DNA from: Alphaproteobacteria bacterium
GTDB lineage: Bacteria > Pseudomonadota > Alphaproteobacteria > Paracaedibacterales > CAIULA01
Reading direction: 5' to 3'
Length of the DNA stretch: 33,188 nucleotides
Assembly: GCA_019751935.1 (NCBI GenBank)
Contig: JAIEMR010000095.1
Location: 1 to 33,188, forward strand
The notes under the pieces: model-generated
The model's database searches: none
What the model was told of the DNA's origin: nothing
The model's input: the letters and a program-made list of their open reading frames with translations, nothing else
Shown here: positions 9,091-17,840 of the stretch, in pieces
Layout: the number at the start of each line of letters is the position of its first letter
Numbering within the stretch: the stretch's first letter is position 1
Translations under genes and position numbers: made by a program

Positions 9091-9993
9091 CTACATAGAA
9101 GATTTAGAAGAAGATCTTAACTTTAATTTCTCTTGCGCTCTTTCTCGCGCCTCTGCCACAGTTTTAAAGCGTTTTAACTGGGCTTCATGCGCGTCAGCTC
9201 TTTCTTGAAGAGCGGTTTTTGCTGAAATGGCGGCGGCACCTCCAACAGCTAAGATTGGACCTATTGTTGTTTCACCTGAAAGCGTTAAAACTGCCCCTGT
9301 TACAGCTGCTGTAGGCCCAACGAGTGATAAGATTCTGCTAAGGACTCGATCGGCTTTTGAAGCACATCCTATATAGGATTGATAGGTTTGACTCATTCCA
9401 AAAAATTCATCACTTAATCTTTCAACTTCTTCAGGTGTTAAGTCAGCTGCTTTAACAATTTTTCTTTTCCGACTTTCAATCTCGCTTTCTATTTCTGCTG
9501 CTTCACTTCGCGAATTTTCCAAAAGGATTTTTCCAGACTCATTCAAAAACACCCCAAATCCTGCAAGCGCAACACCAGCTTGTGCGCGAGGATTAGATAA
9601 ATCTGAATATATTGCAACTAACGTTCCTCCGGCCGCAGAAATAGGGATCCCTACGATAGAAAGAATATTTCCAGTAATACGTTCACCCCAGGCTGTAAAA
9701 CTGCGCCATCTACTAATTGGTTGTTGATCTGATTCTTTTAATGAGGAAGGAGTTCTAAGGATTGCTTCTGGTTCAATAACGGTTCTAGATGTTGTTTGAT
9801 GTAATGATGAATTGCCATCAACAGTATCATGGAACACAAAAGGTTCGGTGACAGGATGAATTACTGATGAGGCTTGATGCAAACCTTTCAGCTCTAATCC
9901 AGATTCCAAATCTAGATTACGGCTGCTTGCATGAGTATTTGCTGCCAATGATAAATATAAAACAAAAGACAATAATAAATTATTTACTTTCAT
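9091..9993 (-). CDS. Secreted/membrane orphan protein, family 2 copy a (two glycine-rich hydrophobic hairpins plus charged helices)
   Basis: Signal peptide MKVNNLLLSFVLYLSLAANTHA/SS. Hydrophobic hairpins are ITGNILSIVGIPISAAGGTLVAIY...AGVALAGFGVFL and VLSRILSLVGPTAAVTGAVLTLSGETTIGPILAVGGAAAISA. It is paralogous to 16361..17146 (LTPEEVERLSDEFFG/LSPDEMEELSDEFFG, SGETTIGP/SGDTTVGP). Confidence 0.7.
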   Translation of the reverse strand: MKVNNLLLSFVLYLSLAANTHASSRNLDLESGLELKGLHQASSVIHPVTEPFVFHDTVDGNSSLHQTTSRTVIEPEAILRTPSSLKESDQQPISRWRSFTAWGERITGNILSIVGIPISAAGGTLVAIYSDLSNPRAQAGVALAGFGVFLNESGKILLENSRSEAAEIESEIESRKRKIVKAADLTPEEVERLSDEFFGMSQTYQSYIGCASKADRVLSRILSLVGPTAAVTGAVLTLSGETTIGPILAVGGAAAISAKTALQERADAHEAQLKRFKTVAEARERAQEKLKLRSSSKSSM

Positions 9994-10107
9994 AAATTAC
10001 CAACATCAATAAATAGTGTATTGATAATTTAAATATAATTTGTTTATTAACAAATGGTTTACAAGTAAAAAATAAATTATTATTATATTTTTTCAGTCTT
10101 TATAGAA

Positions 10108-10320
10108 TTAAAGAATGAATTCTTCTATGCTGGTTTCTGCTCTCATTCTTTGTTCAGCTCTTTTTACAGTTTCACGCAGTTCCAACTGTTCTTCATAAGT
10201 ATCAGCTTTCTTTTTGAATGATTCTCTAACAGTAAAAATGGTGTTCCAAAGGATGGGAGATCTAAGGATTTTTGCCCACGGTAAATCGTCCTTAATCATG
10301 GCGGGGCTTCTAGGTGACAA
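10108..10320 (-). pseudogene. Truncated remnant of a family 2 gene (C-terminal charged helix only)
   Basis: KADTYEEQLELRETVKRAEQR aligns with RADAHEAQLKRFKTVAEARER at the C-terminus of 9091..9993. The signal peptide and both hydrophobic hairpins are missing. It lies directly between a family 1 and a family 2 gene on the same strand. Confidence 0.5.
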
Positions 10321-10355
10321 AAAGAAATTATATATTTATTTAATTGTGTATTTTT

Positions 10356-10390
10356 AAAAAGAAAGCCCCGCGCTGGGGGCTTTCTTTGTC
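10356..10390 (-). terminator. Rho-independent terminator downstream of 10414..11910
   Basis: GAAAGCCCC (10361..10369) pairs with GGGGCTTTC (10376..10384) around a short loop. On the minus strand the stem is followed by a T-run (complement of AAAAA at 10356..10360). It begins about 25 bp after the stop codon. Confidence 0.8.
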
Positions 10391-10413
10391 TGTGAACTAT
10401 CGCAATTTGAAAT

Positions 10414-11910
10414 TTAGAAATCCAAAGCTTCAGAATCTGCGCTTAAATGTCCCCTCACGTTTGCAAAAAGAGCTTTTGAGTTTATAGATGCTTCATTTGG
10501 CCAACCAGTTAAGGTGCCATCAATAAAATCAAATATTTCGTCTTCATTTAATTTTTGTGCACGTGGAGCCGTGGCAGAACCCTTATCAAATTCATTCAAA
10601 GAATACAAGGCAACCACAGTACATTTTAAATGATGGCGCATAAGTCTATGCATTTTATCTTCTGTGACTACTTTAAAAGGCCTTCTTTGGAGGGCAGTTT
10701 TTAGGTGGTCGACATTGGTTCTAAAGTCACTATCTGAATCATTAGATAGAAGCTGCATTACATATTTCCTTATACCCCATACATATGTTTCTGCTTCATC
10801 TTCAGTGGCTTTTCTATACTTGACGCCAAATCTGCTGGTACCTGTTATAAGCTGAACTGTTGCTTCTGGTAAGTCTTGATTATATTGATGGTCGGCAACC
10901 ACACTCAAAATACGCCCGCTTAGAGGAAGTTTTTGGGCTTGCGCTGCATCTTCAGCGGAAAGCAGAGTATCATGGGCCTTAAAAAAGCCTCTCCAAAGTT
11001 CATTCGCTTTCACTCTTTCTACGTCATTTGAAGAATTTTCCATCAATAAAAAGGCAGTGTGTACACCTGTTTGAGGGTGCTGCGTGGCAACAGTTTCAAA
11101 GGCTATTGAGGCAAAATCGAAGGGCTCCAAAGTGTCTCCTTGATCTCCTATAAGCTTCCTTATATATAGAGGATATTGACCCATTAGGATATCTTGCCAC
11201 AATGCATTGCTAAAACCTTGCGATCTATAGCGTGCCATATTAGGGTTTCTTGCAACAACAAAGTAAGGCAAATCGTGCTTATTCCAATCAGCATCGATAC
11301 TCTCAGCAGTATTTCCATAGACATCTTCTTGGTCAATATCTACACCTTTCATTCTAAGAGTAGTTAACTTTTTAGTAGTCTCAGGATCTCTCATTGCTAA
11401 TGCCATTAAGACTGTGTCGTTTTCTGCCATTAAGACTGTGTCGTCTGGATCACTGCGCGAAGCAGTTACTAAACTGGTAAAACGGTAATTTATTGGCTCC
11501 TGAGATAAAAATCTATCAAATGAACGGCTATCTTTTACATACTCAAGCAACAAATCACCAACAACTACATCATCACCAACTGTATCTGTAAATAAGTCAA
11601 ATTGATCTAATCTAATAAGATGAAGATAGTTTCGTCCTGCATTATCCCTATATTTTATTAAATGCGTTTTTAACTCTTGGGGAGGAGTTGAGCTAATGAC
11701 AGATGCTAGATCCACGCTTCCTATGTCTTGTTCATCTTCATCTCCATCTTCTGTACCATCCATGACAGATAAATTTTCAGTATCAGACCCTTTATCCGAA
11801 TCCAAAGGATCAGATGCCATCGCTGCATTGGAAAAAATGGCTAAAACAAATACCAGTACAAAAATGCTGAACTTCGACAAAAATTTGGTGCGAAGACTTA
11901 AAAGATGCAT
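10414..11910 (-). CDS. Secreted orphan protein, family 1 copy b (ankyrin-like repeat signature; paralogue of 701..2746)
   Basis: Signal peptide MHLLSLRTKFLSKFSIFVLVFVLAIFSNAAMA/SD, then an acidic stretch (EDGDEDEQD) and the ANK-like TVLMALAMRDPETTKKLTTLRMKGVDIDQEDVYGNTAESI. The C-terminal blocks are colinear with 701..2746. Confidence 0.75.
   Translation of the reverse strand: MHLLSLRTKFLSKFSIFVLVFVLAIFSNAAMASDPLDSDKGSDTENLSVMDGTEDGDEDEQDIGSVDLASVISSTPPQELKTHLIKYRDNAGRNYLHLIRLDQFDLFTDTVGDDVVVGDLLLEYVKDSRSFDRFLSQEPINYRFTSLVTASRSDPDDTVLMAENDTVLMALAMRDPETTKKLTTLRMKGVDIDQEDVYGNTAESIDADWNKHDLPYFVVARNPNMARYRSQGFSNALWQDILMGQYPLYIRKLIGDQGDTLEPFDFASIAFETVATQHPQTGVHTAFLLMENSSNDVERVKANELWRGFFKAHDTLLSAEDAAQAQKLPLSGRILSVVADHQYNQDLPEATVQLITGTSRFGVKYRKATEDEAETYVWGIRKYVMQLLSNDSDSDFRTNVDHLKTALQRRPFKVVTEDKMHRLMRHHLKCTVVALYSLNEFDKGSATAPRAQKLNEDEIFDFIDGTLTGWPNEASINSKALFANVRGHLSADSEALDF
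11402..11449 (-). repeat. In-frame 24-bp tandem duplication inside 10414..11910
   Basis: GCCATTAAGACTGTGTCGT occurs at 11402 and again at 11426 (period 24). It encodes DTVLMAEN-DTVLMALA. Confidence 0.85.
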
Positions 11911-12035
11911 AATCTATAATCCTTGTTAAAAAAGGGATGTAAAACGGGCTTGTTATCTGCTTTAAAGTAAAGAGTAGTAAACAAGAAAAATCTCTTACTA
12001 TATCTAATTACACTTAAGGCTGTTTTCAAGGGAAA

Positions 12036-12725
12036 TTATTGCTGAGTTTTAAGGATCTTAGCCCACAAAGGGGATTTAATTTGAGAAAGGAATTCTTTGT
12101 GTTTCAAGCTTTCCTCTTCACTAATCTCAAAAATACGAACAGGATAGGTTGTTGTGGTCTCTTCAATTTCAATCAAAGTTTCTTCTTGAGTTTCAATTAA
12201 TCCCAAGGAACGCTGCCTGCCACCTAAAAGCTCTAAATACACTTGGGCTAATAGCTCAGAGTCGAGTAACGCTCCGTGCTTATCGCGTTTTGATAAATCA
12301 ACATTAAACCGTTTACACAAAGCATCCAAACTGGCTGGCGAACCTGGGAATTTAAGGCGCGCCATATAAAGTGTATCAATAGCCCGGGTTTTGGGCAGAA
12401 CCGGTAAATTGACACGGCTGAGTTCTGCATTTAAGAACGCCATATCAAAATCAGCATTATGTATAACCAATGGGTCATCCCCAATGAATGCTAGAAAATC
12501 ATGAGCTATCTTTGCGAAAACTGGATGAGGCTTTAAAAATTCAGCAGTCAGGCCAGTAATTTTTGTCGAAATTTCAGGCACATCACGTTCAGGATTGATA
12601 TAAGCGTGAAAGAATTTTCCAGTTGGAAGGTGATTAAAAAGCTCAATACACCCAATTTCAATAATGCGGTGGCCTTGAGCTGGGCTTAGGCCTGTTGTTT
12701 CCGTATCCAGAATAATTTCGCGCAT
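12036..12725 (-). CDS. dnaQ: DNA polymerase III epsilon subunit (3'-5' exonuclease)
   Basis: Exo I ILDTETTGL, Exo II LVIHNADFDMAFL, Exo III HGALLDSELLAQVY; 229 aa. Confidence 0.92.
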   Translation of the reverse strand: MREIILDTETTGLSPAQGHRIIEIGCIELFNHLPTGKFFHAYINPERDVPEISTKITGLTAEFLKPHPVFAKIAHDFLAFIGDDPLVIHNADFDMAFLNAELSRVNLPVLPKTRAIDTLYMARLKFPGSPASLDALCKRFNVDLSKRDKHGALLDSELLAQVYLELLGGRQRSLGLIETQEETLIEIEETTTTYPVRIFEISEEESLKHKEFLSQIKSPLWAKILKTQQ

Positions 12726-12857
12726 GACTTTCTTTTGTGGGATTGTGACTTTCTCTTTTGTACCTTTTTATTGTTTTAATTTCAATGAAATCCCTTTGCC
12801 TGCATAGTCAGGCAATATATAATCAAATTTAATTTCTTTTTACATATGTAGGTCCTT

Positions 12858-14345
12858 ATGCAGATTTCATTTCAAAAGACTCTTGGAGAATCCAGTGGAA
12901 CATTGGTGCTTGGTGTTTTTGAAGAAAGAGCCTTAACCAGATCAGCGCAGATTATTGATTCGCAAATTCAAGGAACCCTAAAAAAGGCTATCGAAAACAG
13001 TCCATTTAGCGGGAAAAAGGATGAAATAATTTCAATCGTAGCGCCGCATGGTATTCAAAATAATCAGATTCTGCTTGTGGGCCTTGGCAATCCAAAAGGG
13101 ATGTCATCACTTGATTTTCAGCAATTAGGCGGCAAGCTTATGGCTGCACTTTGTAAAGGTAAAGACACCCAAGTGGTTGTCGATATTATGGATGATAAAA
13201 TACGACAATTGCCTGAGATGATTGCAAATGTTGCAGCTGGAATGAATCTTCGTTCTTGGAAATTTGATAAATACAAAACCAAGAAAAAAGAAGAATCGCA
13301 TCTGAAGGAGCTTGTTTTTATAACACCTGAGCCAACTGTCTCAGAAAAAGCTTTCGAACCCTTAAAGCACATTGCCGAAGGTGTTGCCTTGACCCGTCAT
13401 GTGGTCTCTGAGCCGCCAAATATTCTCTATCCTGAATCGATGGCAGAAATCGCCTCTGAACTTAAACGTCTTAAGGTAGGCGTTGAAGTTCTTGATGAGA
13501 AGCACATGAAGAAACTCGGAATGGGTGCGCTTTTGGGTGTGGGGCAAGGCAGTATTCGGGAATCAAAACTGATCGTCCTCGAGTGGATGCATGGCCCAAA
13601 GGGTGAGCCGCCCGTTGCTTTTATTGGCAAAGGGGTGACATTTGACACCGGCGGTATTTCCATAAAACCTTCTAATGGTATGGAAGACATGAAATACGAT
13701 ATGGCCGGATCTGGCGTTGTTTTAGGATTGTTCAAAGCGCTGGCGCTTCGAGGCGCCAAAGTCAATGCGGTTGGTATTATGGGAATGGTTGAAAACATGC
13801 CATCTGGGTCTGCTCAACGTCCAGCGGATGTTGTGACATCTATGTCCGGCCAAACCATTGAGGTTATCAATACGGATGCTGAAGGGCGATTGGTTTTAGC
13901 AGATGCGTTGTGGTATACCCAAGACCGCTTTAAACCACAGGCAATGATTGACCTTGCAACCTTAACGGGTGCAATTTCCGTAGCGTTAGGCTGGGAATAT
14001 GCAGGGATATTTTCCAATAATGATGAACTTGTTCGTAAATTAACGGATGCTGGTAATAATGTTGGCGAAAAGCTATGGCGTTTGCCGATGGGTGATTCTT
14101 ATGACAAAGACATCGATTCAGAGATTGCGGATGTTAAAAACACAGGATCTGGCCGAGGTGCAGGCAGTATTACCGCAGCGCAATTCTTGCAACGCTTTGT
14201 CAATAATGTTCCTTGGGCGCATTTGGACATAGCAGGTATGGCCTGGGAAAAGAAAGGTAAGCCATTGGTTGGTAAAGGTGCCTCTGCTTTTGGTGTCAGG
14301 CTGCTCAATGAATTCCTAATGAAATATTACGAAGATAGAACTTAG
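12858..14345 (+). CDS. pepA: Leucyl aminopeptidase (M17)
   Basis: VGKGVTFDTGGISIKP, NTDAEGRLVLADAL and DIAGMAW motifs; 495 aa. Confidence 0.93.
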   Translation: MQISFQKTLGESSGTLVLGVFEERALTRSAQIIDSQIQGTLKKAIENSPFSGKKDEIISIVAPHGIQNNQILLVGLGNPKGMSSLDFQQLGGKLMAALCKGKDTQVVVDIMDDKIRQLPEMIANVAAGMNLRSWKFDKYKTKKKEESHLKELVFITPEPTVSEKAFEPLKHIAEGVALTRHVVSEPPNILYPESMAEIASELKRLKVGVEVLDEKHMKKLGMGALLGVGQGSIRESKLIVLEWMHGPKGEPPVAFIGKGVTFDTGGISIKPSNGMEDMKYDMAGSGVVLGLFKALALRGAKVNAVGIMGMVENMPSGSAQRPADVVTSMSGQTIEVINTDAEGRLVLADALWYTQDRFKPQAMIDLATLTGAISVALGWEYAGIFSNNDELVRKLTDAGNNVGEKLWRLPMGDSYDKDIDSEIADVKNTGSGRGAGSITAAQFLQRFVNNVPWAHLDIAGMAWEKKGKPLVGKGASAFGVRLLNEFLMKYYEDRT

Positions 14346-15877
14346 GCGTGCGATTTTAACGCTCCATCCGGCCCTAGTTTGATGTATTTAACCATTAAAA
14401 ATACATCAACGATGGCAAGGGTTGTATAAAACACAACAAAGCCAATAAGCGTAAACCAAACAGAGCTGGCATTAACAGCTGATGCTGCGCAAAATGTTGG
14501 CAGGACCCCTTCAATCGCCCAAGGTTGACGGCCGTGTTCTGCCACAAACCACCCCAGTTCCGCTGCAATCCATGGGAATGGTAAACTGATGATAGCCAGT
14601 TTTAAAAACCATCGATGCTTTTCAAAGCGCCTTCGAGTCGAAAGATAAAAGGCAAAGGCGAAAAATCCTATAAAGAAAAGCCCAAACCCAACCATTAAGC
14701 GAAATGACCAAAACAGCCAGGGAACGTTTGGTATGGTTGAATTCGCAGCCATTTTGATCTGATCATCGCTCGCCCCTAAGACGGGATCATGATATCGCTT
14801 TAACAAAAGGGCGTAGCCTAGATCTTTTGAATGCGCTTCAAAAATTTGACGAGCGCTTTGATTGTGACGATCAACGCGAAGGTCTTTTAATGCTTTATAG
14901 GCGAGCAAGCCCATTCTGATGCGCTGCTCAGCAAGTTTAACCAAATCCTGAATGCCTGGGATTTCTTGATCTAAAGAGCGCGTTGCAATCAAACCTAATA
15001 TCCAAGGAACCTTTACCTCATAATGTGTTTTGTGATTATCAATATCAGGAATACCAAAAACCACAAAACCTGCAGGGGCGGGCTCAGTTTCCCACATGGC
15101 TTCGATAGCTGCGACCTTCATTTTTTGGTTTTGGGAAGCCGTATAACCGCTTTCATCGCCTAAGACCACAACTGATAAGGCTGCAGCTAATCCAAAGCTT
15201 GCAGCAACCGTCATTGACCGTTTGGCAATCTCAAGGTGACGTCCTTTTAAGAGGTAAAAAGCGCTGACGCCAAATACAAAAATGGCCCCAGTGACATAGC
15301 CGGCGCTGACTGTATGAACAACTTTACTTTGAGCAACAGGATTAAAAAATATCTCATAAAACGAGGTTAATTCCATACGCATAGTATCAGGGTTAAAAGC
15401 TGATCCCACAGGGTTTTGCATCCAGGCATTGGCAATTAAAATCCATAAAGCTGAAAAGTTACTGCCGATGGCAACCATCCACGTGGCGGTTAAATGCCCG
15501 ATTTTAGATAGTTTGTTCCAGCCAAAGAAAAACAAACCAATAAAGGTAGCCTCTAAGAAAAAGGCCATTAACCCTTCGATTGCAAGGAGTGATCCAAAGA
15601 TATCGCCCACATAATGGGAATAATAGGCCCAGTTGGTGCCAAACTGAAATTCAAGGGTAATCCCCGTTGCAACGCCCATGGCAAAATTAATGCCAAATAA
15701 AAGACCCCAAAATTTGGTCATTTGTTTCCAAATAGGGCGACCCGTCATTACATAGACGCTTTCCATAATGGCAATCAACAGTGAGAGCCCAAGCGTTAGT
15801 GGCACAAATAAAAAGTGATACATGGCCGTTAAGCCAAATTGGATACGGGATAAAAGAACGACAGTTGGATCAATCAT
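14342..15877 (-). CDS. cydA: Cytochrome bd-type ubiquinol oxidase subunit I
   Basis: FGLTAMYHFLFVPLTLGL at the N-terminus, a Q-loop region, and GWFVAEHGRQPW near the C-terminus; 511 aa, polytopic. No subunit II ORF follows. Confidence 0.9.
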   Translation of the reverse strand: MIDPTVVLLSRIQFGLTAMYHFLFVPLTLGLSLLIAIMESVYVMTGRPIWKQMTKFWGLLFGINFAMGVATGITLEFQFGTNWAYYSHYVGDIFGSLLAIEGLMAFFLEATFIGLFFFGWNKLSKIGHLTATWMVAIGSNFSALWILIANAWMQNPVGSAFNPDTMRMELTSFYEIFFNPVAQSKVVHTVSAGYVTGAIFVFGVSAFYLLKGRHLEIAKRSMTVAASFGLAAALSVVVLGDESGYTASQNQKMKVAAIEAMWETEPAPAGFVVFGIPDIDNHKTHYEVKVPWILGLIATRSLDQEIPGIQDLVKLAEQRIRMGLLAYKALKDLRVDRHNQSARQIFEAHSKDLGYALLLKRYHDPVLGASDDQIKMAANSTIPNVPWLFWSFRLMVGFGLFFIGFFAFAFYLSTRRRFEKHRWFLKLAIISLPFPWIAAELGWFVAEHGRQPWAIEGVLPTFCAASAVNASSVWFTLIGFVVFYTTLAIVDVFLMVKYIKLGPDGALKSHA

Positions 15878-16093
15878 GGTTTACTAACTTTTGAGACAAT
15901 TCAGTTGGTGTTATTGTTTGTTTTTGAACAGGGGCTATACGGAAAAAAACCCAAAGGATCACTATTTTGGCAAGGATTAAAACAGCCAATTTTCGGCCCA
16001 AAGGGTGCCAATTCTGAAAGAATAGTAATTTGTTTAGCATTCTGATCATACGGTAAAATAATTACAATTTTCGTTATCATGAGACACAAGGGA

Positions 16094-16222
16094 CATGATG
16101 ATCAACCAATCCCCTCGTCATCCACGAGGAGCGAAGCGACGTGGCGATCCAGAGGCTGTTTCTGGATGGCCACGCAACTCGTTGCTCGCCACGACGACAG
16201 TGTCTGGCATGATGACGAAAAC
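16094..16222 (-). repeat. Nested-palindrome intergenic repeat, copy A (inverted relative to copies B and C)
   Basis: CCTCGTCATCCACGAGG hairpin, then CGTGGCGATCCAG-loop-CTGGATGGCCACG. It aligns with the reverse complement of 20738..20855. End coordinates are approximate. Confidence 0.7.
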
Positions 16223-16360
16223 TTTTAATTCCTCCCTAACATTACGGTTTTCTTTGTCCAAGAGCAACGGGCGTTTTTAATTTATTTTTATAAATAAACG
16301 ATATTTTAATAATTTTTGTTTATTTTAATAAATGATGGTATATCAATTTAGACTAAATAC

Positions 16361-17146
16361 ATGAAAATAGATCGTTTATTTTTATTAGGTCTTGTTTGTT
16401 TTTTCCTGACAACAAGTACGTCAATCAGTTCCACAAAAGAAGAAAAGCATGGTCCTGATATTGAAATGGGCGGTCCACCTGCGATAACTTCTGCAATGCA
16501 GCCCGTGCGGACAGAAGAGGTAAGAGTTGATGTTAATCATGGAGAAGGCATAAAACCAAAACACAGTATGTTTTCCCCGCTATGTAAGACAATCACAGGA
16601 TCAGTTTTGTCTCTCTCTGGGTATGTATTGATGGGAGCTGGAGGCATAGTAGTTGCTGAATCCCCACAGTCAGTGACATTGAGTACAGTGCTTTTAGGAG
16701 TTGGCGGTGCTGCAAAACAAGCCGGTGCAAAATTTCTTAACTCCGCTCAAGAGAATGCCGCTCATTTGACACAAGAGCTTGACGATCATGTAATGCTTGC
16801 GCGAACGGGAAGTTTATCACCCGATGAAATGGAAGAATTAAGTGATGAGTTTTTTGGAAAAAGTAAGATTTATGAACAACTATATTTAAAACACGCATTA
16901 TGCCTGGATAATACTTTTGCAACGATTTGTAGTTTAGTAAGTTTGCCTTTAGGTTTGGTTGGGTTTGGTTTTACAATGTCTGGAGACACTACGGTCGGTC
17001 CCACATTAATTGCAGCAGGTGTGGGGGTTCGTGATTTAGGGGGATGGTTTAAAAGTAGAGCAGAAGCCTTGTCGACACAAAAAAAGCGCATCGAAGCAAT
17101 GCATAAATTAAGAAAAGCGAGCGTTCAAGAGGCTGACGCTCGCTAA
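16361..17146 (+). CDS. Secreted/membrane orphan protein, family 2 copy b
   Basis: Signal-like N-terminus MKIDRLFLLGLVCFFLTTSTSISS. Hairpins are ITGSVLSLSGYVLMGAGGIVVAESPQSVTLSTVLLGVGGAA and FATICSLVSLPLGLVGFGFTMSGDTTVGPTLIAAGVGV. The charged C-terminal helix is homologous to that of 9091..9993. Confidence 0.7.
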   Translation: MKIDRLFLLGLVCFFLTTSTSISSTKEEKHGPDIEMGGPPAITSAMQPVRTEEVRVDVNHGEGIKPKHSMFSPLCKTITGSVLSLSGYVLMGAGGIVVAESPQSVTLSTVLLGVGGAAKQAGAKFLNSAQENAAHLTQELDDHVMLARTGSLSPDEMEELSDEFFGKSKIYEQLYLKHALCLDNTFATICSLVSLPLGLVGFGFTMSGDTTVGPTLIAAGVGVRDLGGWFKSRAEALSTQKKRIEAMHKLRKASVQEADAR

Positions 17147-17165
17147 TCTTTTAGATTGAGGCAAA

Positions 17166-17636
17166 TTAATTCACATTTTGCTGTGGTTGTTGAACACTGG
17201 TTTTTTGCTGTTGATAAAGATACGCAAAATCCACTGGCGCTAACATAAGGGGCGCAAATCCACCATCACGAACAACGTCCGCAATAATATTGCGAGCAAA
17301 TGGGAATAACAGGGACGGGCAGTGAATCATCAATAAAGGTTCAACATGCTCCTCAGCAACGTTTCCAAGAGTTACAATCCCTGCATAACTCAGTTCGGTT
17401 AAGAACATTTGTTCATTATCACGTTTTGCATCCACTTGGATTTCCAAAACAACTTCAAACGTATTTTCGCCAATAGAGCCAGCTTTGGCCTGAATATCAA
17501 CGGAGATACTTGGTTTTTTATCGGTTTCTTCGGTGAGGTGCTTTAATGGGTTAGGGTTTTCAAAGGAAAGATCCTTTATATATTGTCCTCTGATAACAAA
17601 CGGCAGAACGCCATCTTGATCTTGGGATTGGCTCAT
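17166..17636 (-). CDS. secB: Protein-export chaperone SecB
   Basis: FVIRGQYIKDLSFENPN at the N-terminus and CPSLLFPFARNIIADVVRDGGFAPLML; 156 aa. Confidence 0.92.
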   Translation of the reverse strand: MSQSQDQDGVLPFVIRGQYIKDLSFENPNPLKHLTEETDKKPSISVDIQAKAGSIGENTFEVVLEIQVDAKRDNEQMFLTELSYAGIVTLGNVAEEHVEPLLMIHCPSLLFPFARNIIADVVRDGGFAPLMLAPVDFAYLYQQQKTSVQQPQQNVN

Positions 17637-17805
17637 TATTATGACTCCTCATTATTATAGATTTTCCTGAATCTAACAGGGTTTCCATAGATTCGTCTAT
17701 ATGGAAGTTTGCTGCTCCATTACCATTGTGTATTTCGAAAAGGGGATTATAAAAAGACAGGATGTATTTAGGGTTTTTGAGGGATTAAGACAAAAGAGTT
17801 GTTAG

Positions 17806-17835
17806 TTGACAATATATAGCGAAAATGCTATATAT
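17806..17835 (+). promoter_or_regulatory. Near-consensus sigma-70 promoter overlapped by a 9-bp inverted repeat (putative toxin-antitoxin operator)
   Basis: TTGACA (17806..17811), 17 nt, then TATATA (17829..17834). ATATATAGC (17812..17820) and GCTATATAT (17827..17835) form a perfect inverted repeat across the spacer and the -10 box. The ATG at 17841 lies about 7 nt after the -10 box, so there is no room for an RBS. Confidence 0.6.
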
Positions 17836-17840
17836 TATTT

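Noticed and set aside
15901-16089. 62-aa ORF upstream of cydA.
   Set aside because: It has no motif, odd composition and no RBS, and it lies in the cydA promoter region next to repeat copy A.
16095-16280. ORFs 16095..16280 (+), 20623..20811 (-) and 20640..20822 (-), 60-62 aa.
   Set aside because: They are translations of the three palindromic repeat copies (PRHPRGAKRRGDPE and WIATERCSSRW-type peptides). This is a typical annotation artefact of such elements.
16289-16299. Shared 11-mer TATAAATAAAC (followed by similar GATATTT/AGTATATTT) at 16289 and 27330. Both lie just downstream of repeat copies and upstream of orphan secreted genes.
   Set aside because: The distances to the start codons differ greatly (72 vs 266 bp) and the sequence is low-complexity A+T. 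It is worth a genome-wide motif count but is not supportable as a regulatory site from two instances.
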